From: Reclinomonas americana ATCC 50394
Lineage: Eukaryota
Direction of reading: 5' to 3'
NCBI GenBank assembly: GCA_048213135.1
Contig: PS015285.1
Location: forward strand, 8,904 to 72,903
DNA length: 64,000 bases
Positions 62,101 through 64,000 of this stretch are shown here, one piece after another. The position numbers and the translations under genes were made by a program. How positions within the stretch are numbered: the first letter of the stretch is position 1; the number at the start of each line of letters is the position of its first letter. A model generated the notes under the pieces. It saw nothing but the letters and a program-made list of their open reading frames with translations, searched no databases and was not told the DNA's origin.

Positions 62101-64000
62101 GTGCGATGACAAGCTGCCGCGCGTCGCGAGTGCATTCGCCGAGTCGCGAGTGCCATCGGCGCTGCTGCCGTTCCTGGAACATGCACCACTTGGTTTGTGC
62201 TCTCTCTCTCTCTCTCTCTCTCAGTTTTTCGAGCTCATGCCGGTGGCTGCTCATCACCTTTTGTGGCAGACTCGCCGACACACAGGGAGACGCTGTCGAT
62301 ATTCATCGAGTTGTTCGAGCACATGGCACCGGGTACATTCTTGAGTGGCGACACGAAGCGCGAGGCCTACGACATCATGTCGCGGTTTGTTATGGCGCAA
62401 CGTGTCAGCGTGTGTGTTTTTCCTGACTCGTCGCGCGCAGGTGCATGTCGCAGCGCGAGTACCCACCCGAGCCGTACATTCGACTGATGACGTGCTGCTG
62501 TGAGCTCACCGACAATGTCACGGGCGTCTTGCGTGAGCCACTGGTGGTTGACCGTCTGTGTGGCGCCGTGAATCCGCGCACGCATCTGCAAGCGTCCATG
62601 CGAGTCGTGGAAATGTTCATTCAGTGCTGGAAAGAGGCCGCGGTGACATCGCTGTTTGTGGAGAGCGGCATTGTGCAGGTGTGGTTCTGTGTATACTCCC
62701 ACTGACACTTGTTTTGCTCACGCACTGTGTGCGCCGCCACAGGGCGCCATTTCTTGCTTGTCGGAGTTGGCGTCGCGCGACTTTTCCAGCCGACCAAGCA
62801 CCGTGCGGTGTCTGGAGGCACTGGAGCTGGTGCGCCCCATGCGTGTTGTAGATTTGTGCCGTCCTGCGTGGCTCATTTTTGTGCAGGCAATCCGACTGGC
62901 GCCAGAGGCAGCACAGTCAGCCGTCCTCAACCAGTTTTGTTGGCATCGTGACGAGTTATATATCGTTTCTAAGCTTCGCTCATTACTTCTGTCGTCTTTC
63001 GTAGGACTCCGCTGCTGCTGCGATGCATTCTCCATGAAGTGACTGGAAAATCGGCCGACTACGCCGTGCCGCCCACCGCCATCAGCTCCACAGCGCTGCA
63101 GGCGTTGCATAGTGCGCAGGAAGTGTCGGTGCGCAGTTCAGATACAGTTGCCGCCGCCGCCATGCGCCGCTTCCAGGCCCCGCGTACAATTGCCGAGGCA
63201 TTGCTGCTACTGGCCGAGTGCACCTCGCGACAGTCGTTCATTCCGCTCTCCGAGTCGCGCAACCGCTGGCTGCAGCAGCTGCTCGGAATACTCGCGCATT
63301 CGTGTCGGTGAGTGCAACTCACATCTCTCGCCTCTTTTTCTCTCTCTTTCTGTGGCTCGCACTCCAACAGTGCTGCACAGGCGTCATGAATTGCTGCCGC
63401 CCATGACCACCGACGAGATGAATCTCGTCAGCCGTGCAGTGCTGGCTCTGTTGCGTCTGGCACTCGTGCCGTCACTGCATCTCGCCGCCGAGTCCGTCGC
63501 TGCGACATGCCGCCTTGTGCGCGAGATTGGCGTGCTGGTGGGTTGTGTCGTGCATGCACACCAGGTAGTCAATGGATGCTGACTGCTTGTGTTTGGTTTA
63601 GGCGTGCGGTCCCGCCGAGGAGTACGTCAGTGTGCTGACACAGCTGGCGGAGCAAAAGAGTCACGCCAAGCTGCCAGCCATGCGACTGCTGACTGCGTAC
63701 TTGTCGGACTCGAAGCTGCGCAGCGTCTTCCTGGCTGGCGGCGGACTCGCCACGGTGCTGACCGACATGGCGACTGAGGACGAAGAGATCTCCGTGGTGG
63801 CCACCGAGGTGCGCTGGCGAGGAGGAGGAAAAGGGGGGAGAACGCGATTTGAATTGTTGCTAACGCTTGATGCAATGATGCAGCTGATGGACATGGTCAC
63901 TGTGGCTGGCGCGAGGGATGCGCAGATTGCCAGCCACTTGATGTCCATTGTGCACACGCACACACCGCATTTGGATGCCGGCGACTCCATGGCAGTGTCC
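46377..64000 (+). CDS. Giant multi-exon protein: N-myristoylation motif, PH-like domain, LRRs, long ARM/HEAT-like helical region (continues beyond window)
   Basis: Start MGATISTS. PH-like FRVVKIRTNRTVDDKWLHLQPT..KTYLYEHVSDIQESAEDPLRFSLT..ITLQASSSDVRGRILQSI. LRRs VLDLSNNKINVLP, HLYLNNNKIHTV, LRFNGNPC, and LRRcap YRFRIIDMCTQLGDLDG. Then more than 12 kb of Leu/Ala-rich helical exons, with no convincing gene boundary found. Confidence 0.6.

Noticed and set aside
1-64000. Alternative genetic code or non-GT-AG introns
   Set aside because: TAA, TAG and TGA all terminate genes; conserved exons have no in-frame stops; every intron I resolved was GT-AG.

Overview
Gene-dense, GC-rich, intron-rich nuclear DNA of a eukaryotic microbe. 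It is probably a flagellated protist, since it carries kinesin-2 and a LisH-RasGEF. It is a draft scaffold with many N gaps. Manual GT-AG splicing recovers about 19 protein genes: psuG, a PH-domain protein, APH1, LisH-RasGEF, MPV17, a URC1-URC4 fusion, uridine kinase, an archaeal-type ProRS, KIF3B-like kinesin, a coiled-coil protein, DUS4, a TIS11-like CCCH protein, NUDT1, TFIIE-alpha, an atypical small GTPase, an ERICH2-like protein, a PLAC8-family gene, RMND5 and a giant PH-LRR-ARM protein. The main find is a pyrimidine-catabolism module. A single gene fuses the uracil-catabolism proteins Urc1 (GTP-cyclohydrolase-II-like) and Urc4 (Urg3/DUF1688). It sits head-to-head, 71 bp apart, with a uridine kinase rather than the usual UPRT, and both proteins start with mitochondrial-presequence-like N-termini. 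MPV17 is adjacent and psuG is about 9 kb away. The fusion gene is masked by an inverted 840-bp contig and by 5-13 nt microexons. The genome also shows frequent GTTGCG-type splice donors. All family calls come from motif recognition, not database searches.
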